Shown here piece after piece: positions 40,069 through 54,187 of a stretch of DNA of 64,000 nt. Within the stretch, counting starts at the first letter, position 1. Each line of letters opens with the position of its first letter. Under the pieces are notes generated by a model. It searched no databases. It was given only the letters and a program-made list of their open reading frames with translations, and had not been told where the DNA came from. The translations under genes and the position numbers were made by a program. The DNA is from Marsupella aquatica (taxonomy: Eukaryota > Plantae > Marchantiophyta): assembly GCA_973895155.1 (NCBI GenBank), contig OZ316892.1:9342283-9406282 (forward strand), written 5' to 3'.

Positions 40069-41694
40069 ATGGCGAACTGGTCAGATAGCACGGGAGCGCC
40101 TGGTTCATCGCTCCATGGAGTCACTGGGCGAGAGCCGATTTTCGCAATGTCGGTCATGGGTACGGTCGACGAGAAGGAAGCTCATCCCACGGACATTCAC
40201 GGCAGGAAATTCGCCCTCCCGGTGGACTCAGAGCACAAGGCCACCAAGGTGAAGCTGTACTCTTTTGCTGCACCTCATATGAGGACATTCCATCTCTCGT
40301 GGATATCCTTCATGACTTGTTTCTTTTCGACATTTGCTGCACCTCCACTGATGCCCATCATCCGGGACAATCTCGATCTAACGAAAAGAGACATTGCCAA
40401 TGCCGGGATTGCGTCGGTATCTGGCTCCATCATTTCTCGTCTCCTGATGGGGACGGTCTGCGATCTCGTAGGCCCTCGCTATGGATGTGCGATACTCATT
40501 ATGATTACAGCCCCGGCTGTGTTCTGCATGCCGCTGGTGGCAACAGTCAACGGCTTCATCCTGGTCCGCTTCTTCATCGGTTTTGCTTTGGCGACATTCG
40601 TCTCCTGCCAGTTTTGGATGAGCTCCATGTTCAACAGCAAAATCGTGGGCTTGGCGAATGGGACCGCTGCTGGGTGGGGCAACTTAGGTGGAGGTATCAC
40701 GCAACTGGTCATGCCTCTGTTGTATAACCTCATTCACAAAGACATTGGAGCAACCAACTTTGCTGCATGGCGCATAGCATTCTTCGTACCCGGAGTGATG
40801 CATGTTGTGATGGGGCTCTTGGTCCTCACCATTGGACAAGACTTGCCTGATGGGAACTTCTCAGAGCTCAAGAAAGCTGGGCAGAAGGCTGGTGACAGTT
40901 TTTCTAAGGTTTTCATCAACGCCGCCACGAATTATCGCACTTACATATTTGCGTTGACCTATGGCTACTCCTTCGGTGTGGAGCTCACTGTCGATAACGT
41001 TATAGCCCAATACTTCTATGATCGGTTTGATTTGAACCTCGCCACGGCCGGATACATAGCGGCGACATTCGGTCTCATGAACATTATCTCGCGTCCATTC
41101 GGAGGCATCCTGTCCGACTTTGTGGCTCGGAGATTTGGGATGAGAGGCCGTCTCTGGACTCTCTGGATTTTGCAAACCGTTGGAGGTGCCCTGTGCATAA
41201 TTTTAGGTGTCGTCGGGCAGTTGAGTACATCCATAATAGTCATGTTAATTTTCTCATTTTTCGTCCAGGCTGCATGTGGAGCCACTTTTGGAATCATTCC
41301 CTTCGTTTCTCGCCGGTCATTAGGAATTGTTTCTGGCGCCACTGGAGCTGGAGGGAATGTTGGTTCAGTGATCACGCAGTTGCTCTTCTTCTACAGCACT
41401 CAGTACACAACCGAGCAAGGCATCAAGCTCATGGGAGTAATGATCGTGGTGTGCACTCTCCCGGTAGCTCTGGTGTATTTCCCTCAATGGGGTGGCATGT
41501 TCTTACCGGCAAGGTCGCAGAAAACTGAGGAAGACTACTACGTTGGAGAATACAGCGAGAAAGAGCAAAACAACGGCCTTCATACGGCCAGTTTGAAGTT
41601 CGCTCAAAATTCCAAGTCAGAGAGAGGGTCTGTGAAACCGGTAGCAACTGCTCCAGTCGCTTCACCTCAAGCTTCCCCTTTCCCGCACGTTTGA
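40069..41694 (+). CDS. NRT2: High-affinity nitrate transporter NRT2 (MFS, NNP family), 541 aa
   Basis: [32 protein letters not shown], nitrate signatures [10 protein letters not shown] and [19 protein letters not shown] 40069 matches the plant NRT2 N-terminus. Intact and intronless. Confidence 0.98.
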   Translation: MANWSDSTGAPGSSLHGVTGREPIFAMSVMGTVDEKEAHPTDIHGRKFALPVDSEHKATKVKLYSFAAPHMRTFHLSWISFMTCFFSTFAAPPLMPIIRDNLDLTKRDIANAGIASVSGSIISRLLMGTVCDLVGPRYGCAILIMITAPAVFCMPLVATVNGFILVRFFIGFALATFVSCQFWMSSMFNSKIVGLANGTAAGWGNLGGGITQLVMPLLYNLIHKDIGATNFAAWRIAFFVPGVMHVVMGLLVLTIGQDLPDGNFSELKKAGQKAGDSFSKVFINAATNYRTYIFALTYGYSFGVELTVDNVIAQYFYDRFDLNLATAGYIAATFGLMNIISRPFGGILSDFVARRFGMRGRLWTLWILQTVGGALCIILGVVGQLSTSIIVMLIFSFFVQAACGATFGIIPFVSRRSLGIVSGATGAGGNVGSVITQLLFFYSTQYTTEQGIKLMGVMIVVCTLPVALVYFPQWGGMFLPARSQKTEEDYYVGEYSEKEQNNGLHTASLKFAQNSKSERGSVKPVATAPVASPQASPFPHV

Positions 41695-43029
41695 TAATAT
41701 TCAGGAGATTCTTCTGTTCTAGGCTAAATACCTTATCTCAGAGTAACCGGCCCCGTGTCATGATCATTGCAATGTGAATGCGGTGCCTACGTATATCCAG
41801 GAGGTGATGAAATTAGTCTATGAGATAGTTCATGCCCACGACCAGAACTCAATCTCCTCGGATGTTCGTTTAAAACGTCGACGAGAATTGAACTTGCGAA
41901 AACTGATGATCTTTCTTCTGTCACAGTTATATAGATGACAGAACACCCTGGACAAAATTTTGTTGTCCCTCTAGTATTCCGATTCGCATAGTAAGGATTA
42001 ACTAGTAGTTCAAGCTAGCTTCCTCTGTACAATAAAAAATCGCTTGGGACTAATTTTATCAGCTTGTCAATGGTTACGCTCCACCGTGTGACTTGACCTG
42101 TCTTACTCTACCGTCCCCTCACCATATCTCCGACAGCTTGACCTTTCGTGACTCTTAGCTGATCGTAGAGGTACTAGCAATCGAGTTAGTACGCTGAAGA
42201 CCGCGGGGCTAGCTTGATCATGGGATATCAATTTCCATGTTTTAAATCATAAGAACACGCGACTTCGAAACAAGCCACGCCCAGAACAGTGAAATTATAA
42301 TTTCTATCCGAAAGTATCTGTTTAAATATCGAAGGGGGGTCACTTCAACAATCCGATTGTTTCACATCTGTCAATGTCGCAGGCAGGTAGGGCGGTACGT
42401 TTCTTCTATACTTTGCTGGATACACTTTGCTTCTTGCCGAAGCTCAGATGACTGAGGCAGAGGCAGAGAGCCGCCCGTCGCTTGTGCAAGAGCAGCTTGG
42501 GAGGTATGGTGAGAAAAACATCTTCAAAGTCGATGGGTGATCTGTCTCTGGGATTAGTAAGGAAGAGAACACTAATGAGGTTTTCATGGCCATGCTCAGG
42601 ACATTGGACAAAATTGTGACTGATATTGTGTGCGGAGGACTTGAAATCCATCATGTATTTTCTCGGACGTGGCCTCTCAGATGCGGTTGGCAATGCTGAA
42701 GGGACCTAGTTACGTCAAGTTGTTCAAACTTGATTCTCCTTGTAGCAAGCCCATCGCTTCCGAAAACTGAATGAAATTATTGTTGTGAAATTTGACTAAG
42801 TTCCTTGTAGAAGGAGGTATCTGTGAATTCAAGCTTCTAGTTTTGTTTCTGCGAATATCGAGCTTCCAATTCTGACCCTCAATTCTTCTACGGCATTTAA
42901 ACCCTAAACCATGAGAGCTCCTTACTTACAGTAATTAAACCCAGTGTTGGAGATGCTCGTAGCCAAAATCTTACCTTCTGCAAAACTATCAGGAACACGT
43001 TGCGGGTTGACTGGGTCAAAAACTGTTGA

Positions 43030-43782
43030 ATGCCCCTAAACCAAAAAACTGGAGGTTTCTGAGATGGACATGATGCATGTCTTGCACCAATCGAGGACGA
43101 CCTCGCCTATAATGTCGTCAGGGAGCTGGAAATACTTGCACCATCAGCTCGAGAGAAATGTCAGCCGAGAGAAAAGATGAATGGAAACTATCTGGAAAAC
43201 CATTTAGGATGACGCCTAATTCTATGCACATAGAAAACGTTTCAATTAAACACTGAGGAAACGGTAGTTGGACACACTAATATGAACGTTCCATTATATG
43301 GACAGCATTGTAGCAATGACAAAACCCCGGACAAAACTCCACTTCAGTTTAAAATCTCCAAATTCTCAACATGCAGCTAGCAGCGTGGGCCACAAGGTTG
43401 AGAATATATAAGAGCCGAAGGTTAGTTTTGCCAGTGTTTGGGAATCGACCACAGCGACAGCACGTCTGTCAACAGTTATATATATTGTTTGTAAATAAAA
43501 GGAAATGAATTGCAATCCCAAGAAAACCAACAAATTGAGAAGTTACGGGCGACGACTCACGAAAAGCTGATACATTTCACGTCAGCAGGAACTTCGAACG
43601 TTTCAATGGCGCCCTGGGCAACGTGGTTTGGTGGATAATTGTTGTAGTGCCGTTGTCGTGTGTCAAGTATTTCGAATGTGTTCTGTCGTGGCTACAGATG
43701 TTATCAACACGGGTAGATGCGGTCTGGCCGACCACACTGGGCGAAGGAGGATGCACAGAAATGCATATCCTGTCTTCGCCAT
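43030..43782 (-). pseudogene. Secreted SPH-like gene, copy 1 (deletions/frameshifts, mutated acceptor, truncated exon 2)
   Basis: MAKTGYA start at 43782, donor TTC|GTGAGT at ~43560 and exon-2 remnant YFQLPDDIIGEVVLDWC at ~43135-43080. Homologous to 46514-47342. Confidence 0.75.
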
Positions 43783-44281
43783 GGTTTGGTCCCGGGTTTC
43801 TTCGCTGTTCTCCAGAGAGGAGCAGAAACTTCACAGTGGCGCCAAGCACGTCTGACTAGAACGTACAAGAGCTAAGACAGTGGAAGCCAGGAAGAGAATT
43901 TAGGAAAGAGCAGGGAATGGATCTAAATGTCAGAACATACATACATAAAAAAAAAGGTCTGGGCGTTTGGATATTGGGGTTGCACGTTTTTGGGCTGTCG
44001 AACATGGCTGTCATGCAGCACAAGCAGCTGATGATGCAGCTAGCTCACCAGCGCATAAGGCATCCATAACAGACCGTGAATGAAGAGGACTGACAGGTGG
44101 AGGCTTCAGGCTTCATAGTTGGCATGCATTCAATTCGCTTCATCCCCCACCGCTAAATTTCGTTCCAATAGAGCTTTTGTAACTGTTTGACAGACGTGCT
44201 GTTTGTAACTGAAAGGCAATGAAGTGAAATACTTCGATCTATACAAGAAAAACCAACAAACAAAGAAGGTAGGATAACTCA

Positions 44282-44519
44282 CGAAGTGCTAATACAATTC
44301 ACGTCTGCAGGAACTTCGAACACTTCAGTGATGCCCTGAGCCAACGTTGCATCGTGGATAACTGTTACAGTGCCGTTGTCGTGTGTAAGGTATTTCCAAT
44401 GTGTTACGTCGTGGCTTCCACGGTTATACACATGGGTACTTCCGGTCTGGCCGAGCCCACACTGTGCAAAGGTTGCCAACACCAGGAGGAGGCACAGATG
44501 CATATCCTGTCTTCGCCAT
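44282..44519 (-). pseudogene. Secreted SPH-like gene, copy 2 (exon 1 only, 2-bp deletion in signal peptide)
   Basis: MAKTGYAS, then a frameshift into CLLLVLATFAQCGLGQ..THVYN..HWKYLTHD..FEVPAD. No exon 2 seen before copy 1's upstream region. Confidence 0.75.
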
Positions 44520-46513
44520 CCCTCGTGTCTGCTGATTTTGCAAGAGCAGAAACTTCGAAGTGTTCCCTAAAGCAAAATTAAGAGGGATTGTGGGAGAAAG
44601 CTAGGTAAGAGGGCTAAGAGAGTGGAGGGCCGGAAGAGCTAGTATTTAGGGGATCTATGTACTATGAAGAGCCAGTCAAACCTTTCTGTTATATCCTGGA
44701 TTTGGACGAACATTCGTTCTTGGGGACGCAGGTCGGCTGGATGAGTCAAGGGGGTTCACATTCAAGACTTCATTTGGTTCAGCTTAGCAGAATGAACCAT
44801 AAACGAGCCTAGGTCTGCTGCGCGAAGTCTCCACGCCGCAACAAATTTTGGAAGGGTCTGGCAAGCAATTAACAGGCATGCCTACTGTGCACCAGATGGA
44901 AGGGTTCAAAACTTGCAACCAATTAAGAATCTCTGTCATTAATTATCCAGTAACCCCGTCCTGCAGCTGCAAAGTTGGGTTTAGATTGATCACGCGAGTG
45001 AATAAGGCTGACAGGTGCTGGCTTCTGGTTCTTGGTTCTAGGCTTGTGCATATCGAAAATCGGGGAAATATACTTACTAGTCCAGTACAGTAGTCACACA
45101 TGTGGGATGCTCTTTCTCTCAAGAACTTATGGGGAAACTTTTCACGTGTACCTGCTACATGTTTTTGTGCTACGGTGAATCCGAAAGATGCAGGGAAGTA
45201 TAATTAAAATATCATTCTAACTAGTATAGTTTTCCGGCATAGTTCCTGCAGACGTGAATTGTATTAGCACTTCGTGAGTTAGAACAAGCGAATATATGCG
45301 TGGCTTCCAGACACAATGTTTCGTCTATATGCGTGGCTTCCAGACACAATGTTTCGTCTCGGCATGCATGAATGTCGCGCGTGCCATGGCTGACAGTACA
45401 TCTCCCTCTCTCTTCCCAAGTATATGGAGCCTCTAACCTTCAACCTCCTAGAAAAAGAATAAGATTGGCTGTCTAAGTGACTAGGAATGACACTGGCGCG
45501 TGGTGACCTCGATTGGCATTTTCTTTTAAATAACATATTGGTTTAATTATCAGCCTTATAAAATATGTAGATAGTTGGACATGGGCCCTTTCGCAGATGC
45601 TTTAGATACTTTCTTGGCAACGCAGGTTGGCTGTATGAGTCAAGATCAATCACGAAGGCTTCGTTTCAGGCCGGGCTTCAGATTTGCTTCTGGGTGAAAT
45701 CTTCATAGAACTAGCTAAGCTTTCCCGATACTCCGACCGAGACAATAGCGGGTAGAGGTGGATAGGGTGAGCCGAGCTGATCGAGAGATAGCTAGTGGGA
45801 TTCCGGTTGCATCTTAATTTGTTACTTTGCATTCGGGATAGCATCATATATTCTAAACCGATCAGATGACTTTGAGATGTATGGTAGCAGTCTGAACCAA
45901 TCACATCACCTTGAGGGGTATAGCACCGGCCATTTCCAACCAATCAGATTGATCGATACATACCCTTCGATGTTCCTTTCAACTGACCTGAACTATGACT
46001 TTACTTAACTCTGTTTCTGCAAATCTGATGAGATAAAACCAAACTTGCTGCAAAGTGAAACCCGAGTGAGACTAAAATCAGAAAGGGTTGACGGAGTGAA
46101 ACAATCGAGGTTCTTAGTTTGAAAATTTCAGAATGTCGTGCATTGCAATCGAGGTGAAGTGTGCCGTCAAATCGTTTTTGCACATTTAATCCGATCGTTG
46201 ATCTTCAAATATATACTCAGTGATATATACATGATGTAGCAGTATAATGGAAGTGTTACATTTAAGGAATGCGCATGCAAAATATCCTGGTTTATTGCAG
46301 AATCTTGAACTCGATTATACCGTAATTGAATTGATAAATAGATTCAACCACGTAGTGTTTATAACTGAGTTTTCTTCTCTCTTTTTTGAAGCAACGTCTC
46401 TAAGAAACCAGGGCAGTACGTCGGGGTTCTAGCTAGCCAACTGAAATTGTCGTGTTCAACCAAACCGCAATGCACATTGAAGCAGACCCGTGTATTTCCT
46501 TCCTAGAGTACAG

Positions 46514-47342
46514 CTATGTTGGTCCGATCGGGGGTCCAGTCGGGGGTTTGCTGCCCCAAGTCTCCCAAGCTGAAACAAACTCTACAAGAGCGTCGTGTCC
46601 AGAAACCGAGAAACCCTTGTCATTAATCACCCAGTAACAATCTGGCAAACAATGAAGTGCCTTGCCTGCTCTGCACCAATCAAGGACGACCTGGCCTAGC
46701 AAGTGGTCAGGGAGCTGGATATACCTGCACCAATTAACAGTTCAAGCGACGTATATGTCAGCCACTGAAGACAAAAGATATATGAATGGAAATTAAACGC
46801 ACGGGAAGACCGCATAGTAGGATGAGGCTCGACCCTTTCCAGATAGAAAACGATGCAGTCAAACTTTAGGTAGTCTTCAGGCTAGTTTTTATTTGCAAGT
46901 TCTGAACAATATGCATCTTGCTGGCCACAAGGGTCAGTTCTAGCAGTACTAGTTTTGGGTATACACGAAAGTGAACTCGTCTGTCAATAGTTGTACGGGT
47001 ACTCGTATGTACTGTTTTTAAAAGAACGAGAATGCATTGAAACCCTTAATTATATATACACACAGAGAGACACCACACCAAATCAGAAGGTAAGATAACT
47101 CACGAAGTGCTTATACATTTCACATCAGCAGGAACTTCGAACATTTCAGTGGCGCTCTGGGCCAACGTAGTTTGGGGGGTGACTGTTGTACTGCCGTCGT
47201 CGTGTATAAGGTATTTCCAATGTGCAATGTCGCGGCTAGCACTGTTATGCACATGCGTAGATCCGTACTGGCCGAGCCCACACTGTGCAAGGGCTGCCAG
47301 AACTAGGAGGACGCACAGAGATGCATATCCTGTCTTGGCCAT
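46514..47342 (-). CDS. Small secreted Cys-containing protein (149 aa), S-protein homologue (SPH)-like; exons 47342-47104 and 46724-46514
   Basis: Signal peptide MAKTGYASLCVLLVLAALAQCGLG. Donor TC|GTGAGT and acceptor TGCAG|G give an open frame to TAG 46514. The H.HN..HDD..L..F..C..DWC..C..DCYWVINDKGF..W pattern resembles SPH. TATATA at ~47530. The gene model is firmer than the family call. Confidence 0.7.
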
Positions 47343-49419
47343 TGTGTCTTCGCTGTTCTGCAGACAGGAGCAAAAACTTCGAAGTGGTGCCAGGTCTAAA
47401 TGCAACCAAAAAGGGGACTGAGAAAGAAGACTGAGAGAGCTCAGAGAGTAGAGGCCCTCAAGCGAATGTACGGAAAGGGTCAGCGAAGAGCGCACAGAAT
47501 GGATGTGAATGTAAGACCTGGGTAGTCTTATATATGCAGGATTAAGGGCTGGATGTTTGGATATTTGGGTGTAAGCTGAGTGATTTCACGTTTTTGGCCA
47601 GTCCAACATGGCTCTCATCGAGCTGTCTGAACAAGAACAAATAATGCCAGCTCGATCAGGCAGCCGGGCAGGCATAAGATATCCTTAACAGATATGTGAG
47701 TGAACTGGAGTGATGGTAAATGAGGATTCAGGCTTGTCAATCCGTAAGGGCTGCAACTCTTAATTCTATAGAATGGGCAGTAGAGGTTTCGCGGGTGAAC
47801 CGGCCTGACAGGTGGGCTTTTCTGATTGGTTTCTGCATTGGGGCTTGACAGATATCCGGCTGGAGAGTGACTAGGGCGGGTAACAGGGGAGTGGTTTTTT
47901 TCTTGAAGATGCCAGCCCATCGAGCTGCAATCCTGTCCTGCAGCCGCAATTGGGCGGGTTATTGGGCAGTTGGGGTTTAGATGGATCACGTACGCGAGTG
48001 AATAAGGCTGACAGGTTTCTGGTTCTTGGCTTTTAGCTTGGGCATGCCTATCAAACTCCAATTCAACCCTTCTAGACAAAGGTCAACATTGATGGTCTGG
48101 CTAAATGACTAGGAATTAATTAAGGATAGGTGGTGGCATGGCTTCTGGTGGGCGTTTTTCGGGCGAAGAATATAGAGGTCCAATCCCGGGTCCAATATAT
48201 CTGTCTCACGAGTACGTGAATAGTAGGATGTATCCACCTATATAGCCTCGACGTACAGAGTGAAAATTCATTTGGAAGGTAGAGTCTGAATTAGATCTCG
48301 AACACAGCTACTGTGTTGATTGGCGAAAATGTTCAATGCGCGCGGATTCGCTTTAATCTTCTTTAAGCTTGAAAATGCGATTCAGTTACTTCCGGATCTC
48401 TTGGATCAGGTTTGGGAGAGGGCCATATACCCCTTCTCAGTATTGTTGAACAACATTTACTCGAATCAGGAGTTGTGGCCTAGTGAACACTACCACCCTA
48501 TTGATTAAGAACCCGATTAAGAACCACCAATGGAGCTAGCTCCCACCGCATGTACAAACGGCCAGGATCGAGCAATGACTCTTGTGAAAGGTGTTATTTT
48601 CCGGATCTCTTTCCTGTTTTCGCTCCACGTCGATCCCTAAGTATGCGTTCGTCAGTTCCGTTTACGGGCTTTACATGTGAAAGTACTCGATCAACACATG
48701 TTGAGCTGTGCTCCTTGCTGGTTGGATTAATTTATTTTCTTATGTTTCGTCTGCTCCTTGCTCCAAATTTGATTTCCGACAGGGGCATGTGACAGAGGAG
48801 TTATAGCTCGTGTTCAAGCGGAAGCAGACCACTGAAGAGGCACTTGTCACTCTCTATAACAACATAGGGGAAGCTCCTATTGAGGTCGTGGTCATGGTCG
48901 CAGCAACTATCAAGGTAGAGTTGCCCCATTCTTTGATTCTAAGAGACTATAGAGAGTGTAATCTCCCGATGACTGCAATATAGAACTAAGGTGATGTTGA
49001 GGTCAACTTCATGACTCATGCACGCCACCATGAATTAATGGTTTATAGATTCAAGTGCTCCAGGTTTTACTTTCACAAAAAGGGTTTTACTTTTACAAAA
49101 GATGTTGTATTAATTCTAAACTAAATTTTTTTGTAGAAGAATAATAGGGTCTTTTAAATTCAATTTTATTCTGAGACTTATACAAACACTAGAGTATTTT
49201 TAATCAAAATTTAAAAATATTCCAATAACATTCTAACTTTATAGGGGTTTTTAAATAAAATAAAATATTTTACATTTTAGGGGATCCAAGGCCTAAAAAC
49301 AATTACAGTTTAAGGTTTATTGGCCTTAAAACATAGCAGGTGATGGGGAGGTCTCCATTAGCTAGTGAGACTCCCAAGTTTAGGTGCAAGTGCACAAGTT
49401 ATGGGTACCTTACTCTGCT

Positions 49420-49690
49420 TCCAAGGTTATCATTGCCTTTGGAGCACGAATCCCCATTGTTGGGAAAGGCTGACTATACCAAGTTTGGCAATAATTAAGT
49501 AGTGAACAAGATTTTGTATGTGTTTGGCATGACCAAAAATATCCTATGAGTTGAACAACTAGCTGACAAGGGTCACCCTGTTTTGTTCCATTCAAGACAT
49601 TGCTACATTCTCAAGAAGTTATGGGAATCCAAGTAAGATCTTTCTTAGTGGAATTCGTGACCATCTGAACAGCTTGTATTGTTTGGACAC
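49420..49690 (+). pseudogene. Degenerate Ty1/Copia pol fragment (protease to gag-pre-integrase region)
   Basis: Broken frame reads KILYVFGMTKNIL.VEQLADKGHPVLF...CYI...GIRD..NSLYCLD, matching Copia VLYVPGL.KNLLSV.QL.D.G..V.F. Confidence 0.65.
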
Positions 49691-52600
49691 TTGTCACACC
49701 ATTCTAGGTAGTGTTAGAGTGTATCGTACTATCTAGATTTGTATGTTTGGTATGTGTGCTATATGAGCCGATAAGGTTTCGTCAGGTTTGTGTGAGAGGG
49801 TACTTCTCACTTGTGAGGCATTGAAAGGTCATCTTTCAATGTTGAGCCTTGGAGAGGGGAGCTTGTGTGGTGGCTATGGTGGCTGAGAGCTCTCTCTCTA
49901 TGTAGTGTGGATTCCTTGAGTGCAAGGTGCGTTGGCTCGACATACATGTGTGATCAGATCGGACAGGATTGAGTGCGTATTGTTGGCGTCGATCGTTGTG
50001 CCGATTGTATTGAGATTACATTGAAAGATCGCTCGAACTCTGCTGCTGTACGGACAGAGCTTCGATTGGAGGTTGTGTATTGGCGACGGTTTGTGGTAGT
50101 TCGAATCGATCGTGTTGTGTTGAAGAGGATTCGTGGTAGCTCGGATCTTATTGTTGACATTGTGTTGGAAGATCTATTCTACCAGGGAGCTGTTGTTTAA
50201 GCTTTCGACAGTTCCCGAAGGGCTCTGAGATGTGTTGATCGAAGGGTTGATCGGCAGCAGAGGGATCTATGCCCGTGTTTGTAGATCTGTTGGACAGGTT
50301 CCGGACGGTGTAGTCGACCTTGCTGCGATCTGTCCCGAGTTGCGATCTGTGACAGTAGCGATCGGATTTGACAGGGCCGGCTATGGCGCTACTGTTTTGA
50401 TGAAGGAAACGGAGATCAAACTTTGAATGTTGCGTTTTGCGTCACTACTGTTTCCATTCGATCATGTGTATGTTGCCGTCGCCAAGCTGCAATTTTGCAT
50501 GAAGGGAACCGGCAGCCACGAAGTCGATGTTTTGTGAGGGAAATTGAGCCTGGATGTTGCGAGATCAAACTGCTGTTATTTCCGTTGGACTGCTATTGCG
50601 ATCTGTAATTTCGCGAAGGGAACCGGGAGGCAGAAGCTGGATGTTGCCGAATCTGATTGTGTGATCCGGCGTAGCGGTTGCATTTCTGTGAAGGGACACC
50701 GAGGGCAGAACCTAAATGTTGCCGAATCTGAAACTTGATCTGGCGTAGCGAAGCGTTGCGGGCATGAAGGGCTCACTACCTCGAAGGAGAATTGCAAGTG
50801 CTGTCATTTTGGAGTGGCAGATTTGGTGCATAATGACAAGTGAGAGGTCACCCATCCCAAAGCTATTCCTCCCCTCATGCGCTCAACTAGCAAGTTCCTA
50901 TGTGGTGCATTGTACATGCTTCCTTCCACACTTGGTGTCCAAGTAATGAGGCCCTAGGGGTTTTATGCACTTTTGAATTCATCTAGATACTCTGTTTTAG
51001 CTAGTTTGAGATGGATTCTTGAATATTTGATGCAGGATTCTTGAGGCCTATTATGAAGGCCCTACATTGAACTATATGCACATTATTTTCATGAATTTTT
51101 GATGATTGGTGTGGAGAGTTGTGATAAATCCTCTTCTTGTTGTTGGATCCTCTCCACACATGCTTCCTGTTTATGTGCCATGTTGGTTTGGCGTGGGCGC
51201 TTGATTCTATAGGAGTGATCCGGGTTTGCAACCGGACATTCTAGTTGTGCTATGTATTTCTCTCCTGGTGATGTTGGAGTGATGCCCAACACACCATGGT
51301 GAGCGCTTGTGTTGCTGATAGGGACAGATTACCTTTAGGGTTAGCATATAGATTAGGCTAGGTTGGTCACCATGGATTCTTCTGGTGCTACTGGGTTACC
51401 CGATGGACGACGGACCGGTTTCACTCGGAGTGGGGCGCAGTTTCGGCCAGCAACATTGGTAGCAGTCAACAGCACAGCTTCAGACAGTGATTCTGACGAG
51501 GACTCTGTGAGCAGTTCTCCTCGTCATCAGGTGATTGCACCTTTGTTGTGGGATATGGAAGAGATGTACGGGGCTACGAAGGGCCCATGATGATACTCTG
51601 GTGCAGTTGGCACGATTGATTTGGATGACTTCATCCAGGAGTTTGATACGTGGTGCGATATGCAGACATTGCGTAACGCCACGTTGTTTACCCCTTTCAT
51701 GGCATGGAAGGGATTATTTTAGCATTTGGAGGGGCCACCCATGGATGACTACCATGAGTTTTGAAAGGCTCATTTGGTTGAGATTGAGGCATGGAGGCAG
51801 CATTGGTCGCCTAATTACGTGTCCATCACCTATGGCACTAGTGTAGTTGCCCAACCCATTGCCATAGCTGCTACTTCTTCTAGTAGCACTAGCCAGAGTG
51901 GCACACCATCCACCACCAGCACTCCAACAGCATCCACCGCTACTCCTGCCGGTGTGATTGTGGTAGGGACTGGAGCTGCACCAGCATTTAACCCTGTGGT
52001 GGAATTCTTTGAGGTACTGAAGCAGAACTATCAGGGTGTGAGAACTGATAAGTTGAAGGGTCTCCAAGAGTTTCAACGCAAGACTGGAGAGAGTTTGCGT
52101 GAGGCATACACTCGTATGCGCAGATTGATCACTGTTACCAAGGGAGTGATAGAGGCTCAGGCAGTCCAGTTTTGGTATGCAATTCTAGATAGAGAGTTGC
52201 GACGCAAAGTGAGAGATGTCACTCTACTTAGGGATGCAGATCCCACATTAGCAGTTGTTTTTACCCTTTCTGAGCGCATTGAGCTCAATATGGTGAATGA
52301 GAAGGTGGTGACTTCTGGATTTGCCAAGGAAGCACCAAAGGCTGCATCTACATCCACACCACAGCCTATTGCACAAAAGAGCTAGAGGGAGAAGCCTATT
52401 GCACAAGAGTCTACCAGCTAGAGACCTGTGCCCTCTTATGTTGGACAGCAGTCAGGATGTTGGACCTGTGGTGGGGATCATGCACAAAGATATTGCCCAG
52501 ATCATAGAGGATCAGGGGGAGCATCAGCGCCTGATCAGCGATAGTGTGATCACTGTGGAGCTCCTGGACACACCAAGGATGGGTGTTTCTCACTCCATCC

Positions 52601-53496
52601 TGAGTTACGGAGAGGAGAATCCCGTACACATGATCAGGGAAGAGGAGGAGGTAGAGGTGGTGGACGTGGTCGTGGCATGCCATATGCAGGGAGACAGGGA
52701 GGTGACGCTGCCCCTGAGCTATAACCATAGATCCAAAGGATGCTAAGATTGCTCAATTGGAGCAACAGCTAGCTGCCATGGCTAGTTCCTAGGTGAGACC
52801 TACTTCTGGTGATGGGGCATCTACATCCTATGGACCTTCCACATCCCATGGTCCTTCCACATCTTATGGAGCTGATGGAGACCTTTCCACCATGGGATTC
52901 ATGTGTGGCACTGCACATATTGATGCATCAGCAGCTTTGACACGTGGGGCAGCTAAAGCTCTTGAGCCCCGAGGAGCAGTAGTGGAGTTAGATCCACAGA
53001 GGGGGGATGCACGTCGGCCGACAAAGGGTCAATTGCAAGCTTGAGAGAGGCAAAAAGGATGTCCAATTTCTCCACCAAAAGGATTCCACTCCTTTCCAAT
53101 TTACAAGGGGTGGACAAGGTGTTACACCAAATGGCTAGGATTAGTTTGTTGAGATTGGATGGTGAGATCTTGCATGCCAAGTCTTTGGAAGTGTGTCCAG
53201 GCTTTTAGGAAGTCCCAATCTTCTTGGAAGTGTGCACAACAATTTTGGAAGTGTGTCCAACATTTATGGAAGTGGTGTTCAACTAAATCTTTATGATCTT
53301 TGAGTCCTTTTTCTCTCCTTTTTGAGCTAATCCTTTTTGCGTCCTTTTGCCCCCCTCAATCTTGCAATTGACCAAAGCTTCCTCAGTCTTTTACAATGTT
53401 AGAGGCAGTTCAGACTGCCTCTATGAACCCGATTCGGACAAACCCTAGCATGGGTAAGTTGGCAAAATCAGGTAGTGATGCACTAGGGATGACAGG

Positions 53497-54187
53497 CCCT
53501 GGGCCCTCACTCTTACTATATAAAGTGAACCCCCCTGAGAACAGACACCCCCCATGTACCCCTTCTTAATATTTTTGTTCACAAAAAAAATCCCCTTGTT
53601 AATGTAAAAATATTAACTTTTCCTATTAAATTTTATCCTTTTGTAAATTATAATATAGTTTTTCAAGGAATTGAAAACATCCTTGAATTTTTAAAATTGC
53701 AAATATCATACTGAAATAGATAAGACTTTATTTTGCATAGGGGACTTGTATGTTACGCCCTTTGTTTAGGGTACATATTTTATATAGTTAAACAAAATTA
53801 GTACCAGAGAATTATAGTTCTTCCTGTAGTATACAGACAAGCATGGCTGCACTATCCTCTCAGTGTTCCTAAAGCCCACGAAACCAAACTTGCCTTATGA
53901 CGACAAATAACTAAATGTCTGATTTACTATATGAACATGTGTGCAAGTGAAGTGATGACATGTGTGCCAACCATATAGTGACGCGTGTACTTAGCATTTT
54001 GGGTACCCTTGCATAAGATTAATGTGACATGTATTTGATAAGAGCCTTATTACTAATATTGTGCTGAATATATACAAGGATGTTGCCTACTTTAAAAACT
54101 ATTATAAAAATTAGTTTGCATTACATTAAAAATACCCTTGCGATGTTCGCACGTCCTCCCTGTATTAGTAACGCTTAGGGCCCAGGG
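53497..54187 (+). mobile_element. MITE family B, short copy (691 bp), inserted in the Gypsy element
   Basis: Same CCCTGGGCCCT...AGGGCCCAGGG ends and terminal ~300 bp as 14545-15815. 8-bp TSD ATGACAGG at 53489-53496 and 54188-54195. Confidence 0.95.

Noticed and set aside
53040-53480. Segment with GGAAGTGTG repeats interrupting Gypsy gag-pol
   Set aside because: Looks foreign to the element, but no TIR or TSD could be defined.
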